Positions 27,483 through 42,258 of a DNA stretch of 64,000 nucleotides are shown piece by piece. The notes beneath the pieces were generated by a model, which worked only from the letters and a program-made list of their open reading frames with translations, did no database searches and was not told the DNA's origin. The translations under genes were made by a program, and so were the position numbers. This DNA is from the human T2T-CHM13v2.0 reference genome, Homo sapiens, in NCBI RefSeq assembly GCF_009914755.1, contig NC_060929.1; one strand, written 5' to 3'. How positions within the stretch are numbered: position 1 is the first letter of the stretch; each line of letters starts with the position of its first letter.

Positions 27483-27740
27483 TTATCCCTGGTATTCATT
27501 TTGTCAAAGTATATTAGTGAGACATCAATAATATGGATCAACCCATTCCCTTTCTACTTGTTTGGTTGTATTGATTCAGTTTAAATAAAAGTCAACCTAC
27601 TGTATAATGTTTGTTTACCCTGACCCTTGCTGAACATTTCCACATCCTCACAGACTATGTTTGTGTCATTTGTTTGACTAAAAATACTTAGTTTCCCTGG
27701 GGTTCCCATGTGACAGTACGCCAGTGTTGGCCTAAGCTAA

Positions 27741-27845
<105 letters not shown>

Positions 27846-29439
27846 TGACTTTTTTTTTTTTTTTCTCTTCCTCACAACAACAGAGCTATTACACAGGCAG
27901 TGTTTTCTCTGGGTGTTTCCTGGTAGGGAGGAGAAGATAAATTCTGCATGTCTGCCACTCTGAATAAGTGACACATCAAATGATGGCCTGACAAAAATAA
28001 AAAGGACATACTTTCGCTGCAAGCTTTTAAACTGTAGTGCATAAATTGAGTAAGTTCCAGGATCACAAGTTTGGAGGAAACTGGAAGCTTTCATTTTAAT
28101 AACATTTGGTGTAGTTCGGGGGGAAAAACACAATCTAGTTTTATTGCTTTGGTTCCATGCCAGTGACATTATGCTAAAAATGCCATTGAACTTCGATAGA
28201 CTGGGTCTTTCTTCCTATGTGGCTTAGATAGAGGTTTGTTTTGTTTTGTTTTCTTTCTCCTTCAAAGAAAAAAAAAAGGCAAGTCTTAATTTGTCTGTGC
28301 CTTCTAGGTAAGAACTTTCTTTTAAGAAAGAATTAAAACAACTTAGAAGAAGGTTAAGATAAATAAAGACATAGTGGAATTATGAAAATAGGATAGAGGA
28401 AAATGGATACTCTTGCCCCAAACTATAACATTTCAACAAGAGACCTAGCAATTACTGGAAACAACTCAGTAGGTTAGATGTATGTTTTTTTAGTTTATGT
28501 TAGTGATCATGTGGGATAACTGTATCTGCAGGGCTATAGAAACAAGGTGGTCATTTAGAAGGGCCTAGTAGATTGCAGGTGTTCAATATATGGAGTGATC
28601 TGGCTCTCTTTGCACCAGCAAGGAATGTGGACCTAGAGCCTCATTTTGTCAAAATCTCTGGTTTATTGTTTAGGGATATCCATCTATTGTATTTTTGATA
28701 GCCCCCAGCACTCCATTAAGCACATAGGTTTAGCCACTTAATAACACTTGAATGACAAGAAACTACAGTTAAATAGATAAATTCTAACTGGTATCACCTC
28801 TGCCTTATACTGATGTATTTCCAGAATTCCAAGTATAATAATATAACGTAGATTTTCTGGAGTACCTTTAAAACCAAATTGTTAAAAGCTGTTGGGTTAT
28901 TTTTACCATCTCTTTATGGTATTTCATTGAGCAGAGGTAATTTATTTTTCTATCCATTATTCCATTTTGTTGTGATATATGAGTCTATTGTCCATTTAGA
29001 TCATATTTTTAGAAACATCCTAACAACCTTAAGTAGTTTCAGAGGCATATCAGCATCAGTAAAAGATGCTTAAAAATCCTGAATAGCATGAATGAATAAA
29101 ATTGTCAGTAAATAATAGTGAAGTCATCCTTGATTCTTATGGCAGTCACTATCAGTGGTTATTGGCCAATATTTTAGACGTGTCTTTTAACTCCAAATTG
29201 TTTTTTTTATTTCAACTCTGTCACCTTGCATTGCCTTCAGTCAAGTTTTATTATAACTTGGACATAGAAGTCTCTCTTTTGCAAGAAAAATAGGGGTGAG
29301 TTCAGGATTTGTATTCTTTCCATCTTTAGTAAGTCATTCATCATTTTTAAAAGTGAATCCATAAAAAAAGGTGAGCTACATAAAATCAGACCCTGTTTGG
29401 TACAAATAATGTTTAAAATAATTTTGTTTTATAAATACT

Positions 29440-29650
29440 TGTTATATGCCAGGTGCTTGTCTAAATTCTTAAAATGCATTGGCTCATTTAATCTTAGCAA
29501 CATCCCCTATCATGTAATTGCTGTTGTTTTTTTCATTGTATGGGCCAGAAATCTGAGGCACAGAGAGACTGTTTAACTGAGTGACTGTTTACTGTTCCCT
29601 TGTTTTCTCAGTCAGAATACGGTAAGCAGTTTTAGAACCCAGCATCTTGG
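29440..29650 (-). mobile_element. MIR
   Basis: atgccaggtgc...ctcatttaatctt...gaaatctgaggcacagaga core. Confidence 0.75.
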
Positions 29651-30689
29651 CTCTTTTAAAGGAATTTACATGGCATTTTTTCAGATAAACCTTGTAATTA
29701 ATAAAGCTGACCTGGTCGTCAGTCAAAATGAAATCGTTGCTGTCTCTAAATTCTGTATGTGCCTACGGAAGACACCCCCAAGACCATTTTTAGTCATACA
29801 CACATACTTTGTGTTTCTAACAGCTCTTCTCTGAAGTGTTTATTTTATTGAAGACGTTAGTATCATATAATTATTAGGCTCAATATTCCTATTTTTTCCT
29901 CCAAAATGAAATTTTAGCTTCCAGAATTACTCCTTTTGCCAATAGAGAGAAGGAACTATTTAGATGACGGACTGCAGGTGCTGTAGTGTGAAAGTTCAAT
30001 TATTTTTTTCTCCTTATTGATTGTTGATAAAAGTGATGAGCGAAAACTAGGAAAGCTACTTCTCTATTTTTCTCAGTTTCTTTGTGTTTCTATTCTTTAA
30101 ATATTAGGGCAAAAACTGTGTAAAACTTCTTAGTAGTTGCAGGTTTTTCTTTTCTAAAGCTAAGCTGAATCACTCTTAGATTCTTATTTCCCTGGGTTAA
30201 CTGTTAGTCATTTAGCCAATCAGAAATTTACTTTAACTGTTTAAAAAATCAAAATGTAGAATATATACGAATAAAATTGCAAGCATTTTGAAAATATAGT
30301 TTAAACTTTACAGATAATTTCAGCTGTTGTCTGAGTGCCAGACTGAAATGTAAACATTATAATATCTGTATCCTTTGGCTATTATGGAAACTGCAAAATT
30401 GCTAAATGTTAAAAATGCTATATTCGGAAATTTGAAAGATTTAGCCAGATGAAGTAAATCAGTCATCCCAGAGAATATTCAGTATTGTGGTTTCTTGAAA
30501 CATCACAGTTTGCAGTTAAAATTAATTTTTGGACCTTTTCCAATGTGATATTCAGATAATTCTTAATTTTGAAATAAGTACTACAGAATTGTATCAGTAG
30601 GAAGACATTCTCCCGTATGTTTCTTACCAGATAAATTATTTTCTGCTGAAAGTACAGAAATAAGAATATAAATACTCATAAAAATATGA

Positions 30690-30900
30690 AGTATGTCTAT
30701 CAAATGATATGATTTAATAAAAAGTAGAAACTTGTATGTGCATATGAATACTATCCTTTGCAAAATGGTTACCTGGAGAGACTAAATGCTTACTGAATGA
30801 TATCATGACTCAGAACATGGTTTTGGAACTCTAATTGCCTGAAGAACTAGCAGCATAATTTTTTGTGTAAATCTTCATTCTTTGGACCCTTCTCTGAAGT
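30690..30900. mobile_element. MARNA-like mariner fragment
   Basis: tatgaatactatcc...ggttacctggagagact...ttttggaactct resembles recalled MARNA consensus. Confidence 0.5.
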
Positions 30901-30924
30901 CAATAGATACTGTTCCTGTGCAAG

Positions 30925-31222
30925 TACAGTTGCATGGTATCTTGAGCCTGGTGTGTTTTGGAATTTTCACTTTTAGAAAGGCAACATCCCTGTTCTGTAC
31001 ATAACAGACCAGCAACAGTGGGGCCAGCTGCTCATAATCAAATATATTAATATTTCTGCAGCAGTTTGAATCAACATTCATACTAAGTAGATTAAATAAA
31101 TATTTTAAACAGCTTCCCATCAGTTCAGTTGGTGCTTTGCCACCAAAAGAGATTACTGTAAACTTAGGAACAAACTTCTGAGTTTGTGGGTTTTGAAATC
31201 TTGGATACAGGATTGTGGACAT
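30925..31222 (-). mobile_element. MER46C-like Tigger-family MITE
   Basis: Ends ttggatacaggattgtggac, similar to reverse complement of caggtccacaatcccttatcc. Confidence 0.55.
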
Positions 31223-32595
31223 TGATTTACCTTTGAAACATATCTATAGATTCTTAATTCTGTTTGTCTATTTGCTAATTTCCTTATCTTTCCTCTTATC
31301 ACCACTGCTTATCTCCTGCTTGCATTGATTTTATTTTATTTTTTTCTTGATTTCTTGACTTGATTTAGTTCATGTGTTTTATTTCTTTTTTCTTAGTGAG
31401 AAGTGTTTAAGGCCATGACTATACTTACTGAATACAGCTTTGATTTATCTCATAAGTCTAGTAGTGCTCTCATTTTTTTATTGCTTGTAAAATAATCTCA
31501 TTACATTATAAAAATTCCTCTTTGTCTCAATATGTACTTAGTAAGATGTTTTATAATTTCAAGTTATAGGAATAATTTTTAAGCTTTAGGCATTAATTTC
31601 TAGTTTTGCTGCATTGCAATGTTTCAGTATTTATGAAGGATACTCTTAATATAATGATTTTTAAAAAAAATGCTTACTAGAACTGACATTTTAAAATAAG
31701 TAGTATCTTTCAAAATACGCTTATTCTAACCATGTTTCCATTTACTAAAAAATTTCTGAGTCTCTTTTATTAGAATTACTTAAGGAGTTTACCTCTGACT
31801 GAAAATGAAAACAATTAGTTTCTTTGCTTTTTAGTTAAATGTTTCAGATTGATTAAAAGCAGGGTTATTTAGCTGTTCATCTTTCCTGTCTTTCCTTGTT
31901 CCAAATGTTGAATGACGATTTTCAAAAAGCAAATCTACAGGCATGGAACAAAAAATTCACCACCACTTGAAGGTTTTTTTTTTTTATTTTAAGTTATAAT
32001 CTCAGCCCCCTACTCCCTCCAAAGAAAAGGAAGAAAGAAAATTCAATTCCAGATTTTAAGACAGTGGCTTTATTGGGAAAAGGATCTTCTTTAATCCCTC
32101 CCGTTTTACTCATGCCACACACTGATGCATTGTAAAGAGAGGTTTCATTGCCTTATTGACGATCTCATATCATACCATTTATTTCATGTTATTTACCTAA
32201 AAGTCCGCATTTGATTTTGAGCAGCAGTAAACTCGGGGGTGCCATGTTCAGTTGAGAACTAATCTGTGATACAGTGCTCCCTAATGTCACTCCAGTGGTC
32301 GCTTTCTTGCTTTGGCTTTGACTGGTTCCGATCCATTTTCAGAGCCTGGGTTTTCTCCAGAGAGAAAACTATCTTTTGGGAAATTATAAACAAATGAGGC
32401 AAAATATGGAAAGCATTTTGAACTCTGAGAGAGAACATCAAGTTATACATTTAGGCAGTCGTTCTTATAACTTTAACATGAAAAAGAAACAATAAAAATG
32501 GTGGTATTGTCCAAGTTTAACTCATCGATCTCTCCTGTTCATTTGAAGAGTTTCTTTCTGAGGTAGTTATGTGACCTCACTTTGGTTTTTTTCAG

Positions 32596-32753
32596 TCATC
32601 CTGTTCCTCCCAGGAGAAGTTGCATCAGTTACCATACCAACCAACACCAGACGAGTTACACTTCTTATCAAAACATTTCTGTACCACCGAAAGCATCGCC
32701 ACTGAGAACAGATGCAGGAACACGCCGATGCGCCCCCGTTCCCGAAGTCTGAG
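32596..32753 (+). CDS. MAST4: MAST4 coding exon, 158 nt: [52 protein letters not shown](S)
   Basis: ttttttcag|TCA...CTGAG|gtgtgt; overlaps ORF 32620-32817; MAST motifs LHQLPYQPT and MRPRSRSLS. Confidence 0.97.
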
Positions 32754-33274
32754 GTGTGTGGGCCTGGCTGAAAACCATTACTTAGTTGGATTCTCTATTT
32801 TCAAACATTTTGAGTGAACACTTCGGTCCTTTAGGTCATATGTGTGTTAACTGACTTGCAAACTATTACAAATATAGTGTGATGTTTCCATGTACACATA
32901 ATATTGTTAATTACCATTGAAAGGCATCTTATAAGTTTCCTTTTCAGTTCTCACAATTTGCTGATTGCAGCAGTAGTAATCACGATGGTCTTGGGACTAC
33001 CTATGAAAACATCTAGCCACTGGAAATTTCAAGGCAGTGCAAAAGCAGTTAATGTTGTTATGTTAAGAGGCAACAGCTTCGTGGAAATAGAAGGACAACA
33101 AGAATAGGAGGATTTTTTAAAATTCCAGATTCCATATTACAAAATATCTTTGTTCTTTCTTCCCATCGTAAGTCTTACTTTTCTCTAAGACTGTGAACAC
33201 ATTTTTAGGAGTTTGTGTCACCTGAAGTTTGTGGATGCCAAATGTAGTCCACCTAACACTGGGTAGGGCCAGTT

Positions 33275-33700
33275 TTACTGTGAGTTTGTTTCCTCAGGAA
33301 GCAGAATCTAAAACAGAGCTTCTTGTTCAGCATGTTTCTTAGGGAGTGCTTTCGAAATTAGCACCTGTGGGAGGGAAGGGAGAGGCAGGATTGGACAGAG
33401 GGAGAAGTCCAGCAGCCTTAGCCGACTCCATGGAGAGCTCGGGAACGACAGGACTCAGCAGAGTTGCTCCCCTGGGCCAAATGCGACTTCTTTTATATCC
33501 CTACCTCAGTCACTGGGTCCCTCACTGGATGTGGCACCCTGGGAAAGACTCAGCCTCAGGCGAGATGACTCCTTGCAGCTGATGCCATCCCTGCAGGGAC
33601 TGGCAGCTGAAGGTTTCTGTGGATAGCACTCCCAGAAGCCGGGCAACAGGTCCTTCTTTGAAGGAGGGATCAGGATAGGGCATCACTTATCCGCTGCAGT
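33275..33700 (-). mobile_element. LTR16-family ERVL LTR
   Basis: gggagtgct...cacctgtgggagggaaggga...gcaggattggacagagggagaagt. Confidence 0.7.
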
Positions 33701-34696
33701 ATGAGATCTTTATGCTATAGAATTAGTGCACTTTGATATATTAAGGTTTTATTATATTAAAAAATAGCTTATTTATTAGGCGGTCAGTTGAATATCAAAG
33801 TTTAATGAGAAGCAATTTCCCTTTGTACTTTTTGTCTTTACTTAGTCTCATAAACTAATACTAAATATAGCCACACTGGATAATTGTGAGACATGTTAGA
33901 TTATTCTGAGATATGGAATTAACAGCTGGTTTTACTATTTCATCTACAGGCACCATGTTTTACTACATTGGTGCCATTTTTTGTTTTATTAAAGGAATTC
34001 CTAAGGTGCGTAGTATAAGCTGTATCCACTTAGGAATATAAACACACCGAAGTTGCACAACTATATATCACTAGGAAGGAAGATAAACCTACTATTGAAA
34101 GAGTAAAGAAGAATGCACAATAGTTGTATGCCTCTGTTTCATATAATACATAATGCCTACCTCAGCATCCTAGATAAATATTTGCTAGGCTAGAAAATGG
34201 ATCTCAATTATGACACCTGTGCCATGGAAGACTTTCAGACTTCTTCAGTGATGTGTGGCAGACCGCAGGTGTATGATAAAAGTGTGAAATTATACTGTTA
34301 AATGTGTCCTAGATGTTGCTCTTTGTAGCTATCCTATTTTATTTTATTTTGCAGTTTGTTAATTGTTTTCCAGATCTTATGCAAGCTCATACTACATGCA
34401 GAATATAATTTCAATTTACAAACATTTTCTGAACTAGTATTGTATTGTAACTATGATGATTTTGTGGCATTCCACTTCTTGAGCTTTCTTTTTCAGTCCT
34501 ATTCAGAGTATCTTTGTGTTTATGGGAATGTATGTGTGCATGTGTACTAATGACTGATTTTGTAGTTTATTATCTGATATACTTTTCTTACAAAGGTTGC
34601 ATAGTACTTTTGATGCAACTGACTGTTTATAAATAAAAAGCTTATTTTCATTTCATGCTGTGGCAAGTTTAAAAGGGTAATTTGCTTTGCTTGCAG

Positions 34697-34772
34697 CCCT
34701 GGACGTTCTCCCGCCTGCTGTGACCATGAAATAATTATGATGAACCATGTCTACAAAGAAAGGTTCCCAAAG
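34697..34772 (+). CDS. MAST4: MAST4 coding exon, 76 nt: (S)[25 protein letters not shown]
   Basis: tttgcttgcag|C...AAG|gtaatg; conserved [15 protein letters not shown]. Confidence 0.97.
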
Positions 34773-36179
34773 GTAATGAATTGAATTGAAGATGCCTAGC
34801 ATCTAAACGAACAGGCACCATAGGTTTAGAGTCTGTAAGGTTGTTTTGTTATAGGAAGTAAGGGTCCAATCTAGTAATGATTTGCATAAAACAGCTCCAT
34901 AGTCTTCTTAGAAAGAGAAAATAACTAAAAAAAAATGTTAAGCTAACAACTGCTGAGAACTAGCTGTGCTCTACGTGTGCTGAGCTGGCTCTAAAGTGAA
35001 CCTGCCACTTGTGCACCACACACGGGGTGGGCCTGGTGAGGTGCCGTAGGGAGGGTCTACTTTGAAAGGCCTCTAGACTGTGCACTCTGTACCCATATTC
35101 TGGGCCTGCTGCCACATTGTTAAGTAGAGACTGTTTTTCTCCGTTAGAAGCCTGTAGATTGGTGTGTCATGAGAGTTGCTGTTGTTGTTGTTTTTCCACA
35201 TTACTTTTCTGTGATTTCCTATCTCTTTAGACATTGTATTTCTAAACCTATTAATTTAGAAGAGAAGGCACAGTTGTCGTGTTCTCCAGTTAGACTGGTA
35301 AAGGAACATGAATTGAGAGAGCAATTGTGAAGGGCTGCTGCCAAGCCCCTGGCTGCAAGGACCTGCTCTCAGATGGTCCCATTAGCTCACCTTGTTTCCA
35401 CGTCTTTCCCACCAAAGCATTTCTGCACATTTGGGAGAAGGCCCCTCTCCACGTTTTTCCGATCCACCCCCACAGCCTGTGTTGCCCTAAACAGGAGAAC
35501 AAATGAAAATCTTTGGTTTCATAAATCAAGAGTAGAGTACTTATTATTTGCAACTAACCCAACATTGATGTCATTGATTAAAGCTGTTTTAGCTATTTAT
35601 CACATGTCACTTGCTCACCAGGGAAACAGATACTGACTGTTAACCTAGTTAATGCAGGTTAGGATATTAGAGGGGAGGAGGAGGGAGGAAGGAGAGGGAG
35701 TCTCCCTGCATATATAATTAATGTAAGCAAGGAATATGGATTAGGCAGTGGGTGACCAGAGAGAATGAAATGAAAGTTGGAAAGGAAATTTTAGATTTAT
35801 TTTACCAAGGGAGTCCCCTGGGACTTTTACATAGGATGTAGCTTTGTGGCAAAAGAAGATGATATAAGATGTGTGCTCCTGGCACATTAAAACCTAGCCC
35901 GAAAGATACATTTTTAGCTTAGGTTGTGGAACTCTAGCAACAACCTGATGTTTAAGTACAAAAACATAAAGAAATGTTTGATATTTTGGACAGTCCATCT
36001 GAAAGAGCCCAAGATCTTAAATGAAAGCGTAACAATTCACAGATACAATCTGAGTTACTTGAAGAAGCTTACAGAGACCATTTTACATTTGATAGAACAC
36101 AGAAAAGGGAGATTATCATTCTGAAATGTTGATTTCACTTATGTACCCTCAGATCTGTATTTCACATGCTGAGGCTGCT

Positions 36180-36380
36180 GCTTTTTTATAGCAACTTTTT
36201 AAGAACAGTTTTAGCTTCACAAAAAAATTGAGCAGATGGTACAGAGATTTCCCATGTACCTGGGAAGGCTATGCATGAATGCCCCCAACATGCATTAGGG
36301 TTCATTCAGCCTTTGTGTTGTATAATCAATGGGTTCAGACAAATGTCTGATGACATGTATGTACCATTATTTTATCAGAA
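36180..36380 (-). mobile_element. L1M 3' end fragment
   Basis: agaacagttttagcttcacaaaaaaattgagcagatggtacagagatttcccat. Confidence 0.7.
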
Positions 36381-36526
36381 GTGAGGCTTCTTTTAAATTT
36401 GATTTCTAGAATCCCATTTAACAACTTGTGGAGGTCTCTGAAAATGCTGTAAAAATGTGATGATTGAATTGTTTACATGTGTGTTTCCTCGTATTACATC
36501 TGTGTATGTGTGTCTTCTCTATATAG

Positions 36527-36736
36527 GCTACAGCTCAGATGGAAGAACGTCTAAAGGAAATTATCACCAGCTACTCTCCTGACAACGTTCTACCCTTAGC
36601 AGATGGAGTGCTTAGTTTCACTCACCACCAGATTATTGAACTGGCTCGAGATTGCTTGGATAAATCCCACCAGGGCCTCATCACCTCACGATACTTCCTT
36701 GAATTACAGCACAAATTAGATAAGTTGCTACAGGAG
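36527..36736 (+). CDS. MAST4: MAST4 coding exon, 210 nt, phase 0-0: [16 protein letters not shown]...[11 protein letters not shown] (DUF1908)
   Basis: ctctatatag|GCT...GAG|gtaaga; overlaps ORF 36539-36766. Confidence 0.97.
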
Positions 36737-37989
36737 GTAAGAACCATGTACCATATAGTTTTCTGATTTATTTTGCTTTTCCCTGAAAAAAATTTTTTTT
36801 TGCTTACAAGTTATAACCATGAAATGGAGTTCACATTCCAGAGAAGCAAAAAAGAAGGAAAAAAAAAAAAAAACTCACCTGATTGCTACTTGCTATAAAT
36901 TGATTCTGGTCTTTATTTATAGTAATAGAAAATTAATGTAATAACCTTTACAGGAATCTTAGGACCCAACAATCTATGACTCTAGGATAAGTGGATTGTG
37001 AAGGATTTTGAAGCAGTGATTTTTTCCCCCTTTAACCATAAAGTTATAAATTGCCTGAGCGTATGTGTGTTATTTGATGATGCTATCTAGTTCTATATCT
37101 GAAAAAGCTAAATGGAAAATTGCTGGCTTCTTCCAGGCTGTGTGTTCTATTAATTAACCTGCATGTGGTGTTGAGTAGTGAATGGCAACCTATATTTTCA
37201 TTAGTGTCAGTTCTTCTTCTAACAAAATATCCAATTTCCAAAATGACAGATAAACACAGGACCTGTCTAGGCCTAACACTTGCATGCCTAGCACTTGATA
37301 ACACCCAGGACAGGAAGAGAGTCTGTATGGGGGAATGGAATGCATGTATAATATTGCTCTTCTGGCTGAAATTGACCAGCCACAGCCTAAAATGAAACCT
37401 ATTTAGTCTATGTATTTGTATATATTGTATTTTTGTATCTCACAGGGCACAAATTATGCCTTTGCAAACATAATTATAGATAGTTTTCTCTAGACATGAA
37501 TATGTAAATAATTGCAGAAAACTGAAGGAAAATATTAGCATCCTAATTTTTGAGAACTCTATCTATCCTTGCCCCTGCAGAATTTAGCTGGCGAGATAAG
37601 ATCCTTCTCTGGCTGGCAGCCGCTGCTTTTCTCCCCTTTGCCCTCTAGGCCTTCTATACTCTTTCCCGATTTCTCACATTGCAACCAACTGCAGTCCACT
37701 GATGCAGTCCCTTTCAGACTATCCTTAGGGTGAACACATTGTTTTGGGGTTTTTCTGTTAATTTCTAAGTTGGCATGGACCTGTTCTCTCCCATAAACTA
37801 AAAGGAAAATGAATTTTACAGGAAAATGATCATGCACTTGGGTTTCCTGGCAAAGTAAAATTGCTAAATGAGTTACATTACAATGTAAAATTGCTGTAAG
37901 AGTTGCCACGTGCTTACGCTTAAAATTGTATTTATCTCATCACGCACAGATGACATCGTGGACTGTTCCCAGTCCACAGGCTGCCCTTT

Positions 37990-39040
37990 GACTTCTCTAC
38001 ACTAGAGTATAAAGTCTCTGTGGACAGGGATATTATCTGCTTTGTTCACCTAGGATGGTGTGTGACACATAGAAGGACTTTAATATTTTTTGAGTGAATG
38101 GCTTCTGATACCCCTCAACTCACTGACATCCTCCTTATTGTCATATCCACTGGACATTTTACTGGAATATTACTGTATTCAGCAGTGTTAAAACCCTCCT
38201 TTTCTCTGCCTTCCTTTTAATTTATTGTTCTTGGGACATCTCTGACCATTTCTTCTCTGCCTCTTCCAGGGATTTCTCTTCCAACTCCCGTTTTCTACAA
38301 GTTTTCTCACGATCTCATCTTTAGTCTACTCCTCCTCCCTCTCTCCTAGGGATCTTGTCAGCTGTCTTGGATTAGAGACCTATAGACTCTAATGGCTTCA
38401 AATCCTTACCTCAGACCAGTAGTCATCTCTCACATTTCAGAATCATGGATCCACCTGCCTACTGAATATCTTTCTACCTGGGCAGCCCACTGAAGCAGCA
38501 GTCCCAACCTATATAAAACTAGACAGCATTTCCTCAACCACACATGCTTCTCCCACATTCTTTTCATCCATCATTGGCACTGCCATCTATCCAGTCACCT
38601 GCTAGAACTCTGAGAATACTAGACTCCCTCTCTCCCTTCATCAAGCAACCCATTAGACCTTCATAGTTTACTTCCTAAATATTTCTACAACCCTTCTTTC
38701 CTGTTCTATAATCACTACCTGGCTCAGACCCTCATCCAGCTCAGACCCTCATCCTCACCTATCTGCCTCCCTCCAGTCTTAACTCTTCAAATTCATACTT
38801 TTATGCAGCTGCAAGAATATCTATCTAAAACTCTTTATTGGCTCTATCTTGCCCATAAGTAAAACTATAACATGGCCTGTTGCTGTGCCCTTCCTCTCAA
38901 TGCATTTAGCCATAATGAATTGTACTGACTTCTGTGGTCTCACTTTACCAGCAGACAGGGGGCTCTTTGAGCAACAGGAGTCACCTCTAACTCCCTGGTA
39001 CTGAGTTCAGTGCCTGGTGTTTATCGGTTCCTCAGAAACC
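37990..39040 (+). mobile_element. L2 fragments
   Basis: actagagtataaagtctc...ttttttgagtgaatg (L2 3' end) and atccacctgcctactgaatatct. Confidence 0.7.
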
Positions 39041-41403
39041 ATGGAAGGGAGGAAGGAAGAAAATAGATACAACTGCATGCCAAAATATTCAACCTATTAG
39101 GATGTATCAAGTAATCTAATTCTGCTGTTGCTTTAATCAAATCAGAGTCCAGAAAATGCTGGAAACACTATGCATATTACTATTTATGAGAATATTTTGA
39201 AAGTTATGTTTGCTAAATGGTGCACTTTTGAACAGAAGAGGCAGACACAGGAATTCTGTAGTCAGCCTCTGTGAGATACTCCTAATTCTGCAATTCTGTC
39301 CCAGGATATTACCATAGTTACCAGCTTAGTCCTGTGTTTTTCATTCCTTTATAGGCATGCCCTGAAAAGGGTAGGATTGCTATCCAAAGCTATTTACACT
39401 GAAATCCCCTACTTAATTTTGTTTCTGTGACAGACACTGCAGATTTTCATGACAATTAAAATAAAATCTTACGGTTTCACAGATCATGTGAATGGGTCCT
39501 GTTACTATTTTTAAAATATTGATTTTTAAAGAAATTTCTTTTTTGGCCAGAGAAGCATGTATACTTGTGGCATAAAGGTCTTGTTGGGCATAAATAAGAA
39601 TGGTTTCTTGTTTAGCTTTGCAGATAAAGAGCTTCCTTCAGCCCTTTTGTAAAAATTTAAACTATTTGCATAATCACATTTACAGTATTTTTCCAGAACT
39701 TGGAGCTAATCCATTGCAGAGGGGCCTGCCCTTTTTAGATAGAGCCAAATTGTGAAACTTGCCTTGGTTTCCCCAGGATGCAGTTGTCAGTTCCCAACTG
39801 TGACATTCTGTGCTCTGTAGGCCTATCTCCTAACCATTTTTCCCATTGTCTGTCTTTTGCATAACCCAGGTAAAATCCCCCTAAGGTTTGAGCAGCTTAA
39901 TGCCTTTTTGAAGTCCTGAGGCCTAAGACAATTCCAGATGAATGCTTTTATGTCTCCATTCTTTTTTGCACTTAGAGAAGTTTAGCCAAAGACAATAAAA
40001 TACATAGGAAGCTCTAACCTACTCTCAAATCTAGGTCATGGTTATGTTTTGTAGTGGCCAACCCTTAAAATACAGACACAGGGTATCCGTTAGTGTTTCC
40101 CCTTTGGAGCTTGCTGGTAACAGCCAGGAACAAATTTCTCTTCATGGGCTAATCGTGTCTTTATTTTGTGTTGTTTTAACAGGGCTTCTTCTCCCCACTT
40201 AAGTTATTAGATAAAATACTGTTTGAGTTAATGTAAATTATATGTTTTATCCTTGATTATGGCTGATTATTCTTAGAACTAAGAAGGTAGAATAAACTGA
40301 TTATGATTTTTGAAATGAAATCTATTTAATCTAAACTGACTTTTTAAGTTTATTAAGACACAAAATTCTCATTTCTCTTTGAAGAGACAATCCAAAATGT
40401 GTTTAGGCTTTTCAGATTTTCTTTATATTCCTGAATTTATAAACCAAAAATGATTATAGTAAGAAGAAAGTTCAGTATCCTTCCCAAAGTGTCAACTAAG
40501 AAGTTAGGTGTTTTTTTGCTTCATCTTTAAAGTTTTCTGTTTAGTTTGGTTGAGGATAAATCATAAAGAAGATGTAACCGTATTTTTTGGCATTCACTGG
40601 ATCTTCCAAAAATCTATTTTTGTTGCAAAGCAAAAATTGGGAAGAAAATTTAAAGACAGTTTCAATATTTGAGATGTATATATATGTGCATTGTTATATA
40701 TGTCCTAACATCCTTCCTGGTTACTAGGACCTGTCGTTATAGTTACTAGTTGGTGTTCTTTGAACACTTTCTGTTCTACGATTATTCACCAATGGTCATT
40801 TTTCCTTTTATTTTAATGTCAAAAGTTAACTGTTTTACTTTTGCCTGTATATGGTTTTTGTACCTGTGTTTTGGAAAATGGCTTTTAATTTGATGGCTTA
40901 AATTCAGCAGACATATTACTTCTGAGTACAATCATTTTTTATAAATTTGATCTCTGCCAGTTCTTTTCATGGGGTACGGGATTGTTCCTTGTCATGGTAA
41001 AGCACCTTCAAGAACGATTGTAAATGTTTATTACTGTGTTTGTGAAATTATATTGTACCAGCATCACAATGAAATGTTATTTTTTAATCCTTAGAGGAAA
41101 GTAAATCATAAAAACAAAGATTAAGAGAGCCTAAAAGTGAACATACAGAGAAGTTTATGTTAAAACCTCTAAAACTTGTTTTATGCCTATCTTGATACAG
41201 ATTCATCTGATTTTTTTCAAGAAAATATTATTGAAAATTTAAATGACTATTAACAAACAGTTTTGCTCTCAGAATATTTGTTGTGCTTGGGCAATATATA
41301 AAATAAAATTTTAAAAGATTTTAAGTTAAATTTTACTAAGTTAGGTGCCTAGGTATTATTTATTCAATGTGTGAAACTGGATTCACATTTATATACCCAG
41401 GTA

Positions 41404-41713
41404 TAGGTTGAGCATTCAAATTCCAAAATGCTCCAGAATATGAAACTTTTAAAGCACCAACATGATAACACAAGTGGAAATTCTCATACCTGACCTCATG
41501 TGATGAGTGCACAAAGTTCTTCAAAAATATTCTATAAATTTACCTTCAGGCTCTGTGTATTAGGTGTACATGAAACATAAATGAATTTTTATGATGAGAC
41601 TTCGATCCCCTCCTCAAGATATCTCATTATGTATATGCAAATATTCTAAAATTTGAAAAAAAATCCAAAAGACTTGTGGTCCCAAGCATTTTGGATAAAG
41701 GATACCCAACTGG
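41404..41713. mobile_element. Tigger4 (Zombi/MER46)-like DNA transposon with TA flanks
   Basis: TA-taggttgagcatt...cccaagcattttggataaaggatacccaactgg-TA; degenerate terminal inverted repeats. Confidence 0.8.
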
Positions 41714-42258
41714 TATATACTTTATCCAGCTAACACTTGAAAAAAGCATTGCACACTTCTTACGTGTGATAATATAACTAATTTATAGGCGAATCATATT
41801 GGATATATGAAATATACTTCAATAATGTGTTAAGTGTCCAGGATAAAAGCAGCCCTTCACTTTCTTAGCCATTTCTTATGTCTAAGATGGTCTTAACTGG
41901 AAAATCAAGGTTCTTGATCAGCTTCCCACTCTACTTGTACCGTGTGCTTAATGTGTCATAAACTTTTAATGTCTCCTTCATTCATGGTTCACATCAAGCG
42001 CCCTTTGATTTTTAGCACAGATAATATATCAGAATTTTGCAATTAAGGTTTAGCTAATAGAAAGATTTTGTAGATATAGGCGTTTAATAGTGTCCATTTA
42101 TATACAGATAATGTCTGTTTATCAATCTTTTAATAGCATTTTCTAAATTACTCGATTTTTGAACATTTGCAATGATCTAATTAGCATGCTTTGCTGATTT
42201 TCTTTTCCATTTAATGGAACAACTCTGCATCATCACTCTCTTTATTGCTTTTTCATAG